Positions 26,616-36,348 of a stretch of DNA of 54,956 nt are shown in pieces. Both the position numbers and the translations under genes were made by a program. The DNA is from a virus (taxonomy: Duplodnaviria; Caudoviricetes): the IMG/VR virus record IMGVR_UViG_3300037634_006492, positions 1 to 54,956 of that record. One strand, written 5' to 3'. Every line of letters starts with the position of its first letter. Positions within the stretch are counted from its first letter, which is position 1. The notes under the pieces are model-generated. The model was not told the origin of the DNA. It ran no database searches and was given only the letters and a program-made list of their open reading frames with translations.

Positions 26616-27893
26616 TTAAGGCATTCCATCAAAATTCCAATATCTTAATATTCCATTATTGTATAAATGTTCTGTGGTTAAGGAATTGGTGCTAGGATCA
26701 TATCCTTTACTTCTTAACCAAGCATTAGCATCTCCTGAAGTGGATATATTAGTTATATTATTTTTGGGAACACCAAACTCACCATAATTTTTACCACTTA
26801 TTTGTTGGTTTACTCCCATTACACTCCCTAAATCTTTAGAGATTACATCGTCACCAGATAATCCTTGTCTCCCAGTATTGGGTTTAATAAACCAACCATC
26901 TTTAATGTGACCATCACCTTTACTAACTAAGTCTGCATGACCAAAATAAGGTACCCACTGACCGGCCGATGCCCACCCCTCTGCTTTATCCCCCGCTCGT
27001 GTTCCGCTTCCCGTTCGCATATAAAAAGGTCTTAATACACCATCTTTAGTTTTAACTAATGTAATGTATTGTTTACTGTCTTGTACAAAAAGAATTTCAT
27101 TAATTACCTTATTACCTTTTCCTATATCTCCATATACACTTCCTTTAGGTTTTAAAGCTTTGACAGTGGCACTGATAGGTTTATTCCCTTTTAACATTGT
27201 AAGAAATTCATCCTTATTTATTATATTATCAATAAATTGTTGTTTTAAAGCATTATAATTATCAATACCATGATTAGCAATATAATTAGGTTTCAGTTTA
27301 TTTACTTTATCAATAAATTGTTGCGCGACTTCAAATTTTGATCCTCCTAAAATTTTATTAATTTTAGTACTTTTAAATACTAAATCTGCAAAACTAGTAA
27401 TATCTGCCGCATTAAGAGAAGTACTTTTCGCTATTGCATTAATATCTTTAGCAATTATAGTGGCATTATCTCCTCTAGCCACTCCTCTTAATATTAAGGA
27501 CTGCATGTTTATTAACATATTTGTTATATTTTCAATATTGGGACTATCTAGGGGGATCTTAGTTAATTTAAGTAATTGTAGAATATTATCTTTAACAACA
27601 GGGTTGGTTGCTAATCCCTTAGCAATATTCATAATTTTCTGTGCTTGTTGAGTCCCTAACACTATTTGACCGGGAGGAATGTTGTTTAATACTTTATTTA
27701 CCTTTCCTATATAAGATTTAGTTAATAAACCAAAGGTAACCTCAGGAGCTTCTTTGACACTAGTTTTAACGGCTTGCCATAATGCTTTCCATCCAGCCCC
27801 TTCTGTAATAATTTTTTTATATGAATTACTCCCCAATCCAACACTATGGTGTATTAACAAATTTAATTGGGATTCTGTGAGTATGATTTTCAT
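26616..27893 (-). CDS. Putative virion cargo protein E: GAGWKALWQ module plus a distinct toxin-like C-terminal domain
   Basis: Leader MKIILTESQ...KKIITE; shares its N-terminal module with 22537-24384, then diverges after KILG; C-domain PFYMRTGSG...GQWVPYFG...GWFIK. Confidence 0.6.
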   Translation of the reverse strand: MKIILTESQLNLLIHHSVGLGSNSYKKIITEGAGWKALWQAVKTSVKEAPEVTFGLLTKSYIGKVNKVLNNIPPGQIVLGTQQAQKIMNIAKGLATNPVVKDNILQLLKLTKIPLDSPNIENITNMLINMQSLILRGVARGDNATIIAKDINAIAKSTSLNAADITSFADLVFKSTKINKILGGSKFEVAQQFIDKVNKLKPNYIANHGIDNYNALKQQFIDNIINKDEFLTMLKGNKPISATVKALKPKGSVYGDIGKGNKVINEILFVQDSKQYITLVKTKDGVLRPFYMRTGSGTRAGDKAEGWASAGQWVPYFGHADLVSKGDGHIKDGWFIKPNTGRQGLSGDDVISKDLGSVMGVNQQISGKNYGEFGVPKNNITNISTSGDANAWLRSKGYDPSTNSLTTEHLYNNGILRYWNFDGMP

Positions 27894-27916
27894 ATTTAAT
27901 AAATATTATTATAAAT

Positions 27917-27940
27917 AAAAAAACCCACCTTAGTGGGTTT
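27917..27940 (-). terminator. Rho-independent terminator after the sheath gene
   Basis: AAACCCAC-CTTA-GTGGGTTT hairpin with a T run on the minus strand. Confidence 0.78.
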
Positions 27941-27968
27941 AATTATAATACCTAAATGATAATACCTA

Positions 27969-30815
27969 TTAAATATCATCAAAATTAGCACCAGTATTAG
28001 TAATATTAAATTCTATACTAATATATTCTAATGATCGAGTTGGTTTAATAAATATCCTACCATTTAACTCATTTCTATCAATAGATTCTGGAGTATCATC
28101 CAATACCACCCTAAAATCAATTAACCCTCTTTCTTTTCTAATATTATCCAAAATAGGATTAACTAAGCTTAAGAATTGATTTCTAACAACATCATCATTT
28201 TGTTCAAATAACAATCTAATAGAAACTGCTGAAATAAGTTTTCTAGCTTGTAACAACAACCTTCTAACATTAATTCTATTAAGTGCGGTTTCTTTTTCTT
28301 GGAGTGTTTTATTACCCCATATTACTACTCCCACATCTGAGAATGTTGCCATTGGATTGATTCTACCTTCATAAAGTACATCTCTTTGATCTAAGGTAAG
28401 TTTAACTCTTGCTTTAATTGCATTTGTGGTACCTCTATTTAACCCTGCAGCTGCAAACCAAGGAAACGCTATGTTATCCGTTAGTGCTATATTTCTCACT
28501 ACCTCTAAAGTAGGTGGTAACCATACATACATATTATTTTCAGTATCATTCATTTGTAACCACGGCCAATAAGTGGCGGAATAATTACTATCTATATCTG
28601 AATCCTCAACAATATCAACTGCTTCATCTGGAGTTAATGCAAATCCATCGTCATCCACATCTGGTGTTGTAATAATATATAATGAATCTGCTCTATCATT
28701 TTCAATCACATCAACCGCATTCCCCACTAAATCTATATTATCACGTAAATCAAGACCGGGACTGGCAAATACATTTATATTAACTGCTTCAGGATTGTTA
28801 TAAGTATATAATCCTTCTAAGAATGTATAGTAATCTGAAGTAATACCTTCATCACCTTCACTAGTAGTGTATGTAGTAAAGGTTCCTTGGGTTAATCCTT
28901 GTGATCCCTTACTTCCATTTTTAGTATAACTATCTAAATTGGTTCGTTGAGTTCTGTATATATCCCAACCATCATATCCACCAAATGGAGCGAAAGTAAA
29001 TTTCCTTGCCGATAATTTTTCATAAGGACCACCAACTAAACTTGCATCTGTAGTAAAGGCCGATATACCCACTTGTAAAGTAGGGAAATAACTTGCATCT
29101 CCCGCTGAAATTTCAGCACCTAACGCATTTACATCTAAATGGAAACCATCTGTTTTACCAGTCCATACCCCACTATTAATCGCATTTAATCCTTTATAAT
29201 CGAAGAAATCTTGATCTACTCCTATTAATGAATTTAACCCTAAATATCTTTTTCTTAATTTAGAAACATTAATACCAGTTTGATATGCAGTTTTATATTC
29301 TATTGGTGGTGGCATAGATGATCTGTCACCAATATATTCTCTATTTACTACACCCTCAAAACCTGCAGGTATACCATCTGTTGGAAAGTTTTCTGCTAAT
29401 TCTACCATAATATATCTACTTCTTAATGGAAATTCACCATCTGCAGTACCTATCTTTCTTCCAATAAATCCGTTATCGGTTGGATCCATACTAACTCTAG
29501 AATATTTTTCTACAGTAGAAATGTTATCATCATTATCAAAAAATCGTCTTACCAGTAAATCAAATGTCTTATTTCCCGGATTAATATTAACAATAGAAAA
29601 TTTAACATCATAATTTGCTGCGTCTCCATCCGAAATAGTAATAAATCTAAATAGTCGTTGTAGTTTATTACCTCTTAATTCAGATAATACATAAGGAGAT
29701 TCACCAGATTTCCATTGTTCTTGATAATCATCAAGATTATGAATGTCACTAACTTCAATACCATTAAATGTAATATCTAATCCATATACTTTACCCGCAT
29801 CGTATAAATCTTCTAAAACATTTATATATAATTCCTCTACCCATAATTCAGTCCCTTTATCTTGTGCTTCTATACCAAACACACCAGGAAGATAAGTTTT
29901 CTTAGTTCTATCTAAAGAAACCGTATAATTAAAATCTGCTCCAGTTCTGGTAGTTCCAGTAATAGAAAATGCACCAAATGGGTTAGTTACAATAGCTGCC
30001 GTATTTGCCATAACTGCATCAGTTGCTGCACTTACAGTAAAATCCATAATTTGATCACTACCATAATCTCCTCTTGATCTAAGAGTGGCAATAACTGCAC
30101 CATCTATATCATCATAACAATCTGCCGTATATGTTACTACGGTACCACTTGTACACCCTGTAACAAACCCAGCACCGCCAGATCCCACACTAGCGAGGTC
30201 CATAGTAAAGGTGGCGCCGGAAAATCCACAACCAGTACCGGGAGCTTTAACATATTTAATAGTACTTTCCGATATAGTTGCTCCAGCCGATAAAGTTCCT
30301 AAACTACTAAATAATGAAGAAATTTCTCCTGCACCATAAAGGGCTTCTAATGTAGCGTCTGACCATGTTAATGTAACCGGTGTACCACCTGTGCTCGCAC
30401 TATAACTTAATAAACAGGAAACACCAGCATAAGTAGTAGAGGTTCCTGACGAAAGAGTGGCTGGATCTACTGCAGAATCTAAAGTAATAGACCAAGCTGG
30501 CCCTGCTTTATATCCTGAAATACCTAAAACTCTACTAACATATAATTGGTTAGTTTGAGTTAGGAAAGATTTTGCTATGTAATTTAATTCGTATTTATGA
30601 AATCCTGTGGCTTTAAATTTTTCCGAATCCAAAGATCCAAAATAACTAATAAACTCATCATAATTATTAATGAAAACTGGTTCAAATGCCGGACCTTTTG
30701 GGGTTTCTCCTAATAACCCTAATGTGGTGACCCCCACTTGTCTCGTTACAAATGTTAAATCCTTTTCTGAGGTGAAAACACCAGGACTAACAAAAATTCT
30801 ATCTGTTGATGCCAT
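27969..30815 (-). CDS. Tail sheath protein (T4 gp18-like)
   Basis: N-terminal VSPGVFTSEKD, GETPKGPAFEP; C-terminal PWFAAAGLNRG, RINPM, WGNKTL, RINVRRLL, LFEQND, IKPTRSLEYI. Confidence 0.95.
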   Translation of the reverse strand: MASTDRIFVSPGVFTSEKDLTFVTRQVGVTTLGLLGETPKGPAFEPVFINNYDEFISYFGSLDSEKFKATGFHKYELNYIAKSFLTQTNQLYVSRVLGISGYKAGPAWSITLDSAVDPATLSSGTSTTYAGVSCLLSYSASTGGTPVTLTWSDATLEALYGAGEISSLFSSLGTLSAGATISESTIKYVKAPGTGCGFSGATFTMDLASVGSGGAGFVTGCTSGTVVTYTADCYDDIDGAVIATLRSRGDYGSDQIMDFTVSAATDAVMANTAAIVTNPFGAFSITGTTRTGADFNYTVSLDRTKKTYLPGVFGIEAQDKGTELWVEELYINVLEDLYDAGKVYGLDITFNGIEVSDIHNLDDYQEQWKSGESPYVLSELRGNKLQRLFRFITISDGDAANYDVKFSIVNINPGNKTFDLLVRRFFDNDDNISTVEKYSRVSMDPTDNGFIGRKIGTADGEFPLRSRYIMVELAENFPTDGIPAGFEGVVNREYIGDRSSMPPPIEYKTAYQTGINVSKLRKRYLGLNSLIGVDQDFFDYKGLNAINSGVWTGKTDGFHLDVNALGAEISAGDASYFPTLQVGISAFTTDASLVGGPYEKLSARKFTFAPFGGYDGWDIYRTQRTNLDSYTKNGSKGSQGLTQGTFTTYTTSEGDEGITSDYYTFLEGLYTYNNPEAVNINVFASPGLDLRDNIDLVGNAVDVIENDRADSLYIITTPDVDDDGFALTPDEAVDIVEDSDIDSNYSATYWPWLQMNDTENNMYVWLPPTLEVVRNIALTDNIAFPWFAAAGLNRGTTNAIKARVKLTLDQRDVLYEGRINPMATFSDVGVVIWGNKTLQEKETALNRINVRRLLLQARKLISAVSIRLLFEQNDDVVRNQFLSLVNPILDNIRKERGLIDFRVVLDDTPESIDRNELNGRIFIKPTRSLEYISIEFNITNTGANFDDI

Positions 30816-30909
30816 CTAATTTATTTTTAATTTTTTGTATTATATAATCTTTTTATTATAAATATACCAGTTTTATCGAAAGTATTTTTTTTATAAGGGT
30901 GAATTTAAA

Positions 30910-30944
30910 AAAAGTATGATGTTTTTCATACTTTTATCATACTT
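30910..30944. promoter_or_regulatory. Putative operator: inverted and direct repeats of AAGTATGA
   Basis: AAAAGTATGA-N6-TCATACTTTT followed by a third ATCATACTT, just upstream of the small RHH-like gene. Confidence 0.55.
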
Positions 30945-30958
30945 ATATAAAAAAACCT

Positions 30959-31111
30959 ATGGAAAGAAGTAAAAATTTAAAGATAACCCCATCCACACAT
31001 ACCATTCTAAAAAAATATTGTGAAGAAAATGGGCTTAAAATGTTTGCATTTGTAGAAAAAATAATAAGGGAAAAATGTACCCCTAAAAAAGATATATACG
31101 GAGATCTATAA
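30959..31111 (+). CDS. Small ribbon-helix-helix-like DNA-binding protein (50 aa, not in ORF track)
   Basis: MERSKNLKITPSTHTILKKYCEENGLKMFAFVEKIIREKCTPKKDIYGDL: alternating strand KNLKI, helix, G turn, helix. Confidence 0.7.
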   Translation: MERSKNLKITPSTHTILKKYCEENGLKMFAFVEKIIREKCTPKKDIYGDL

Positions 31112-31121
31112 GATAAATAAA

Positions 31122-32153
31122 TTATGCGTTTGTTCCTTTTAATGTAATATAGGCATTTTCAGTTACATCCACTTTAGAAATAGTTATCTCTACTAAATCA
31201 TTGTCTACTACTGTAAAAGGAACAGTCACCGTACTACCATTGATTTTTATATCAGAAGTAGAAATATTATAATTTATCATTTCGGTATAGGATACATTTT
31301 TTTTAACTGGTAATTTAAAGAAATTAATTCCCGGTTTAAAATGAATATTTATAGTTATAATATTATTATCAGGTTCCCTTACTATTTGATAGGCAGCAGT
31401 ATTACTATTCTCCTCCGTCTCAAAAAATAACATTCCCCTACTAATGGCCGGTGTGACTTTAAATTCATCTTCATCTAATAAATAACCTAACATTTTAATT
31501 GTATAAAGTTGGACATAATATTTTCTTTCATCTAGATTATTTATCACACTCTCATCTCCTATACTATCTAACATTAATGGAATGGGATGACCATTAATCC
31601 GTAAATATTTTTGTCCTGCGGAAAATGCCTCCAATAATTTTTTATTAAACTTATTAAGATCCCTCATTTTATTACAAAATAATCTTAATTCATAAGTTAA
31701 ATCTATCGAAACAGGTTGGGGTATTTGATAGATATCAAAACTTTTAATATTACCATCCCAAGTAGGTATTTTCATATAGGTAAAAGTAGGTTTTCCCGGA
31801 ATATTAAACGCACCAGCATAATTAGTCCCCACTTGTGGATCCGGCTTTCTAACAATAGTAACAAATGGAATTTTAATATTTTTATTTACATCAGAAAACT
31901 GCCAAGTTTTAGCAAATTCAGCCCATCTTTGTATACTTAAAAATATTACTGGAACCTTTTCTCCACCTAACACTAAATCTATCCCATTAGTTACATAATC
32001 AATAAAATCTCTATCCATATCCTCATGTAATATCCCTTTAGGTAAATAAGTGCCTGGATTGGCAATATTATTTAATATTGCTTGTCTCGCTTCAAACCCC
32101 TCCAATGTCGGAGTTATTTTTAAATTTTTTCTATAATTTTTTGGTAATCCCAT
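31122..32153 (-). CDS. Tail terminator/completion protein (T4 gp15-like)
   Basis: KVPVIF...RW, IPFVTIVR, PQPVSIDLTYELRLF; lies between neck and sheath genes. Confidence 0.62.
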   Translation of the reverse strand: MGLPKNYRKNLKITPTLEGFEARQAILNNIANPGTYLPKGILHEDMDRDFIDYVTNGIDLVLGGEKVPVIFLSIQRWAEFAKTWQFSDVNKNIKIPFVTIVRKPDPQVGTNYAGAFNIPGKPTFTYMKIPTWDGNIKSFDIYQIPQPVSIDLTYELRLFCNKMRDLNKFNKKLLEAFSAGQKYLRINGHPIPLMLDSIGDESVINNLDERKYYVQLYTIKMLGYLLDEDEFKVTPAISRGMLFFETEENSNTAAYQIVREPDNNIITINIHFKPGINFFKLPVKKNVSYTEMINYNISTSDIKINGSTVTVPFTVVDNDLVEITISKVDVTENAYITLKGTNA

Positions 32154-32155
32154 AA

Positions 32156-32677
32156 TTAAACTCCTTGAAATTCATCTGGATCAGTAGGTACACATATGAT
32201 AGTCCTATAAAATCCTTTAAACCCTAATATAGTATGTGCATTATCTGAATGTATTATTCCATTATTACTAACTGTAAAATATTTTAATTTGGTCTCGGTT
32301 TCAGGATAACCAATATAATCTCCATAGTTTATCTCTACCTTTAATTCATCTAAATGATCTTGGTACACCCCGAAAGTTATATTTCCATGCTCCAAAAACC
32401 TTAAAGAACCATCAGGATTATATGCTTTATTATCAGGACCCGCCATATTAAAATTAACTACTACCTCTACTGGTGCTTTAAACCTTATTTCATCTCTATC
32501 TGCCTCACCATAAATATCATCGGTGGTAGATTCACCCCGCTCTACCTGAAATAAAATTACTTTTATATTAATATCTCCCTCTAACCATTCTCTACCAAAT
32601 TCCTTTTCTAAATCAAAGTCATCCTGTGAAAAAAATTTATTTACCCTAGTTATAGGTATTTTTCTGTTAGTTTTCAT
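32156..32677 (-). CDS. Neck / head-closure protein (T4 gp14-like)
   Basis: DIYGEA motif, GDYIGY; synteny with gp15-like and sheath genes. Confidence 0.62.
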   Translation of the reverse strand: MKTNRKIPITRVNKFFSQDDFDLEKEFGREWLEGDINIKVILFQVERGESTTDDIYGEADRDEIRFKAPVEVVVNFNMAGPDNKAYNPDGSLRFLEHGNITFGVYQDHLDELKVEINYGDYIGYPETETKLKYFTVSNNGIIHSDNAHTILGFKGFYRTIICVPTDPDEFQGV

Positions 32678-32715
32678 CTATCTTTTATACATAAATATTT
32701 ATAGTTAATAAAAAA

Positions 32716-34560
32716 ATGTGTATAATTGTAATTATGTTAGATATAAAAGATATAAAAGGTCTAGATTCTGAAGATATATTAAAATCTTATGTAGGCAAAA
32801 ACCCCTATATAAATTACATGAAGAAAAAAAGCCTAACAGAAAAATCATATTTTTTAACCACGAGCCAATCTAAATACGTTAAATCCTATTATAATTTCAT
32901 ACCTAAAGAAATAAATAAAATAATTGAGATTACCGATTATTATAGTAAACAATTAGAAGAAGAACATAAGTTAACCACACCGATTAAAAAAATTCTCATA
33001 GAAACTTTATTAGCTGAATCAGATAAAGCAATCCATGTTATTTGTAAATTTTATAAAAACCAAAAAGATATCAAATTAATATGGATACCTAAAACTCAAT
33101 TAATTGACGATATTCATTTTAAAGACATAAAAATAAATATCGATTATAAAAAATACCAACTTTTAGATAAAAGAGGGTGGAGAGCATTTAATCATCAAGA
33201 AACGGGAATTGAATTCTTATTAAAAAATCTAAAGTGTATTTTAGCCGATGATATGGGTTTGGGAAAAACATATCAGTCCATAGTAGCAGCATTAGAATGT
33301 GGGGCAGAAAGAATATTAATAGTATGCCCTTCTTCTTTAAAAATTAATTGGATGAGAGAAATACAAAATTTTTGTGAGGATGTGTCCATTATTAATGGTA
33401 AACATTGGGATCCCGCTAGATTTACTATTATTAATTATGATATACTTAAAAATTTCCATACTATAGAAGAAAGAGGTAAAAAATATGAAGATTGGGAAAT
33501 ACGAAGAGAAATAGTAGAGTATAATCCCGATCTTATAATTTTAGATGAGGCACATTTTGTTAAAAACCATAAAAGTATAAGGGGTAAAATATTAAAAAAT
33601 ATTGCAAAAAAATTCTCCCCAGAACGTATATGGTTATTAACAGGTACACCCATTGCTAATAGACCCATGGATTATTATAATTTATTATCTATTATAGATT
33701 GTAGTGTAGCCAATAACTGGGTACATTATGCGCGCACTTATTGTGAAGGAATAAGATTTAAAAAAGGGGGGAGATATATTTGGGTAACAACAGGAGCCTC
33801 AAATCTGGAAGAATTAAATAATAAAACCAAAAGAACAATATTAAGAAGAAAAAAAGATGAGGTATTAGATTTACCTGATAAATTAACCACCCCAATTTAT
33901 TTAGAATTACAAAATGAAGAAGGATATAAAAATGTGTGGAATGAATATCTCACTAAAAGAAAATTAGAAGGAAAAAAAGGCAATCCTTTTAAAGAATTAG
34001 TAGAAATGACATTACTCCGCACTTTTATTGCCATGGAAACCGTACCCTATAGTATAGAAAAAGCGGAAGAAGCCATAGAATTAGGTAAAAAATCCATCAT
34101 ATTTTGTAATTTTAATGATGAAATGGATAAATTTATTAGACATTTTGGTGATAAGGCAGTATGTTTAAGAGGAGGAATGACAGATAAACAAAAACAATTA
34201 GCAGTAGATAAATTTCAAGAGGATGAGAAGTGTATGGTTTTTATTGGTCAAATTAAAGCAGCAGGGGTAGGAATAACATTAAATGCGGCAGAAATAGTAA
34301 TAATGAATTCTTTAGATTGGGTACCGGGAAATCATGAACAAGCAGAAGATAGGGCATATAGAATTGGACAAAATAAAACTGTTAATATTTATTATATGTT
34401 AATTGATAATACTATTGATACTTTAGTGTGGAATATATTAAATGAAAAGAAAAAAATAATCGACACCATTATGGGTGATGATGATATAATAACAGAATTT
34501 ATAAATAAAGTTGATGATGGAAGTTATAATGTTTACAATGAAGGGATGTCCTCATTGTGA
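32716..34560 (+). CDS. SNF2-family helicase/ATPase
   Basis: LADDMGLGKT, IVCPSSLKINW, DEAH, LTGTPIAN, GVGITL, QAEDRAYRIGQ; true start possibly 32734. Confidence 0.93.
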   Translation: MCIIVIMLDIKDIKGLDSEDILKSYVGKNPYINYMKKKSLTEKSYFLTTSQSKYVKSYYNFIPKEINKIIEITDYYSKQLEEEHKLTTPIKKILIETLLAESDKAIHVICKFYKNQKDIKLIWIPKTQLIDDIHFKDIKINIDYKKYQLLDKRGWRAFNHQETGIEFLLKNLKCILADDMGLGKTYQSIVAALECGAERILIVCPSSLKINWMREIQNFCEDVSIINGKHWDPARFTIINYDILKNFHTIEERGKKYEDWEIRREIVEYNPDLIILDEAHFVKNHKSIRGKILKNIAKKFSPERIWLLTGTPIANRPMDYYNLLSIIDCSVANNWVHYARTYCEGIRFKKGGRYIWVTTGASNLEELNNKTKRTILRRKKDEVLDLPDKLTTPIYLELQNEEGYKNVWNEYLTKRKLEGKKGNPFKELVEMTLLRTFIAMETVPYSIEKAEEAIELGKKSIIFCNFNDEMDKFIRHFGDKAVCLRGGMTDKQKQLAVDKFQEDEKCMVFIGQIKAAGVGITLNAAEIVIMNSLDWVPGNHEQAEDRAYRIGQNKTVNIYYMLIDNTIDTLVWNILNEKKKIIDTIMGDDDIITEFINKVDDGSYNVYNEGMSSL

Positions 34561-34798
34561 TAAACTTAAAAAAATATTAAATGAAAATAATATCTCTTTT
34601 GTAGAAAAAGATGTGGATGTTCATGAACAAGTATATGAAAATTTTTCTAAGGCAGTTAAAAGTGAGTTTCTTCCTGCGGTAGTTATTGGAAAACAAGCAT
34701 TTATTCCGGAAAGATCATTTAAAACTATAGAACAAGCAGGGAAATCTATTCAAAATTACCTGTTGGAGCAGTCTCATCGTGGGAACCACTTAAGTTAA
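34514..34798 (+). CDS. Glutaredoxin-like protein
   Basis: CPHC active site in FTMKGCPHC, cis-Pro region LPAV. Confidence 0.85.
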   Translation: MMEVIMFTMKGCPHCDKLKKILNENNISFVEKDVDVHEQVYENFSKAVKSEFLPAVVIGKQAFIPERSFKTIEQAGKSIQNYLLEQSHRGNHLS

Positions 34799-35153
34799 AA
34801 TTTTCATAATTTGTACTATACTCCCCAATTAAGTTCCCTAATTGATTAATAATATTGTCGTGTTCTTCATTACCTTCCCAACCAGCGCCTTGTCCTTGAC
34901 TATGTAATAATGATTTTCTAATATCCTCTAATTCTTTTAATAGATTATCATCGTTGGTTTCATCGGCAAATTGGATAGCCGATTCAATATTTCTTAATGC
35001 AGAAGCTAAATGATTCATTGCTTTATGCATCAACCCAACGGCAATATCCGTTTGAGTTTTTGTTTTTGTTTTAGTATAAGGAAAAAGATCTTCTTCTACT
35101 TCATAGCTAGTCTCTTCTTTTAAAATTTCTTTTATTCTATATCTTTTCATCAT
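34746..35153 (-). CDS. Hypothetical protein with IKEILKE leader; candidate internal virion protein
   Basis: MMKRYRIKEILKEE leader; TATTTAT motif just upstream. Confidence 0.55.
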   Translation of the reverse strand: MMKRYRIKEILKEETSYEVEEDLFPYTKTKTKTQTDIAVGLMHKAMNHLASALRNIESAIQFADETNDDNLLKELEDIRKSLLHSQGQGAGWEGNEEHDNIINQLGNLIGEYSTNYENFNLSGSHDETAPTGNFE

Positions 35154-35193
35154 TTAATAAATATGTGAATATTTATAAATAAATACTTTTGTT

Positions 35194-36348
35194 ATGGCTA
35201 ATGCAATAAATGATAATATAAAAGACGAACTTTTTACTTTAATAAAACACCGACTAGGTGCACCCATCAGAAAAATTGAACTGGATTGGGACCAAATGTG
35301 CTCTTTATTGGAAACCGCAATAGAAGATTATGCTCAGCGAGTTCAAGATTGGTTGATAGAAAACCAGTGGGCATCATTATTAGGTAATGAAGCAAGTCAG
35401 ATAGATATAGCTTTTGCATTAACCACTAGATCTTTAGATTTCGAATCTAATTTTTCTTATGCTTATTCTAAACAAGTAGGATTACAGGATAGAGGTCCGT
35501 GGGAATTAAAAAAAGATTATGTAACTGTAGAGGCTGGGAAGCAAGTTTACCAAATTCCAGGAGGAAGAGAAGTTAATGAAATATTATGGATTACACCAAA
35601 TTCTACTGATCATGCTCTCTATTCTTTTGCCGGTTTTGGCGATTATGGATTTGGTGGAGGATTTGGTCAAGTTCCATATGCTGGATGGGGTCAAGGAGGA
35701 GGACTCGGAAATGGTGGTTTTTATGTTGCACCCGCTTTCGATGTATTATTAAGGGCCGCTGATTTTAGTTTAAAATCTAAATTATTAAGAAGTGAATTAA
35801 CATATAAAGTAACTGCCGGACCTAACGGAACTAGATTATTACATTTAATGCCTATTCCAGGAAGTCGCTTATCTTTTTCTGCTGGTGGTCTTACAGGATC
35901 AATGATAGGGTTAGCGGGAACTAAAGTATGGTATTATTACTATGATACAGGTGGGATGACGGAAGAAGAAATAAATAATTGCTTAAATGAAAATAAAGAT
36001 ATTATTAAATTACCTAATGAAGTTCCTTTATCTCGTTTACAATATTCTGACCTAAATGAACCAACTAGAGTATGGGTAAGAAGATATTTAACTGCATTAT
36101 TTAAAGAAGCCTTAGGAAGAGTAAGAGGTAAATTTAGTGGATCATTAAAAGTTCCTGAAGCTGAACTCTCAATGGATTATGAAAGTTTGTTAAGTGAAGG
36201 TAAAGAAGACCAATTAAAATTATTTGAAGAATTAGATGCTAGATTAGAAAGATTAAGTAATGCAAAACAATTAGAGCTTAAAGCGGGCGAAGCAGAAAAT
36301 TTAAATAAAGCATTAAGTTACCGACCACTGGGGTTATTTGTTATATAA
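35194..36348 (+). CDS. Neck / head-tail adaptor protein (T4 gp13-like)
   Basis: RLGAPIRKIEL..Q, WVRRYLTALFKEALGRVRGKF..., Gly-rich insert; TATTTATA upstream on the plus strand. Confidence 0.78.
   Translation: MANAINDNIKDELFTLIKHRLGAPIRKIELDWDQMCSLLETAIEDYAQRVQDWLIENQWASLLGNEASQIDIAFALTTRSLDFESNFSYAYSKQVGLQDRGPWELKKDYVTVEAGKQVYQIPGGREVNEILWITPNSTDHALYSFAGFGDYGFGGGFGQVPYAGWGQGGGLGNGGFYVAPAFDVLLRAADFSLKSKLLRSELTYKVTAGPNGTRLLHLMPIPGSRLSFSAGGLTGSMIGLAGTKVWYYYYDTGGMTEEEINNCLNENKDIIKLPNEVPLSRLQYSDLNEPTRVWVRRYLTALFKEALGRVRGKFSGSLKVPEAELSMDYESLLSEGKEDQLKLFEELDARLERLSNAKQLELKAGEAENLNKALSYRPLGLFVI

Noticed and set aside
5646-32677. Bacterial extracellular contractile injection system or tailocin
   Set aside because: Neck/head-adaptor genes and phage replication genes (PolB, gp32-like SSB, UvsX) are interleaved, indicating a true phage.
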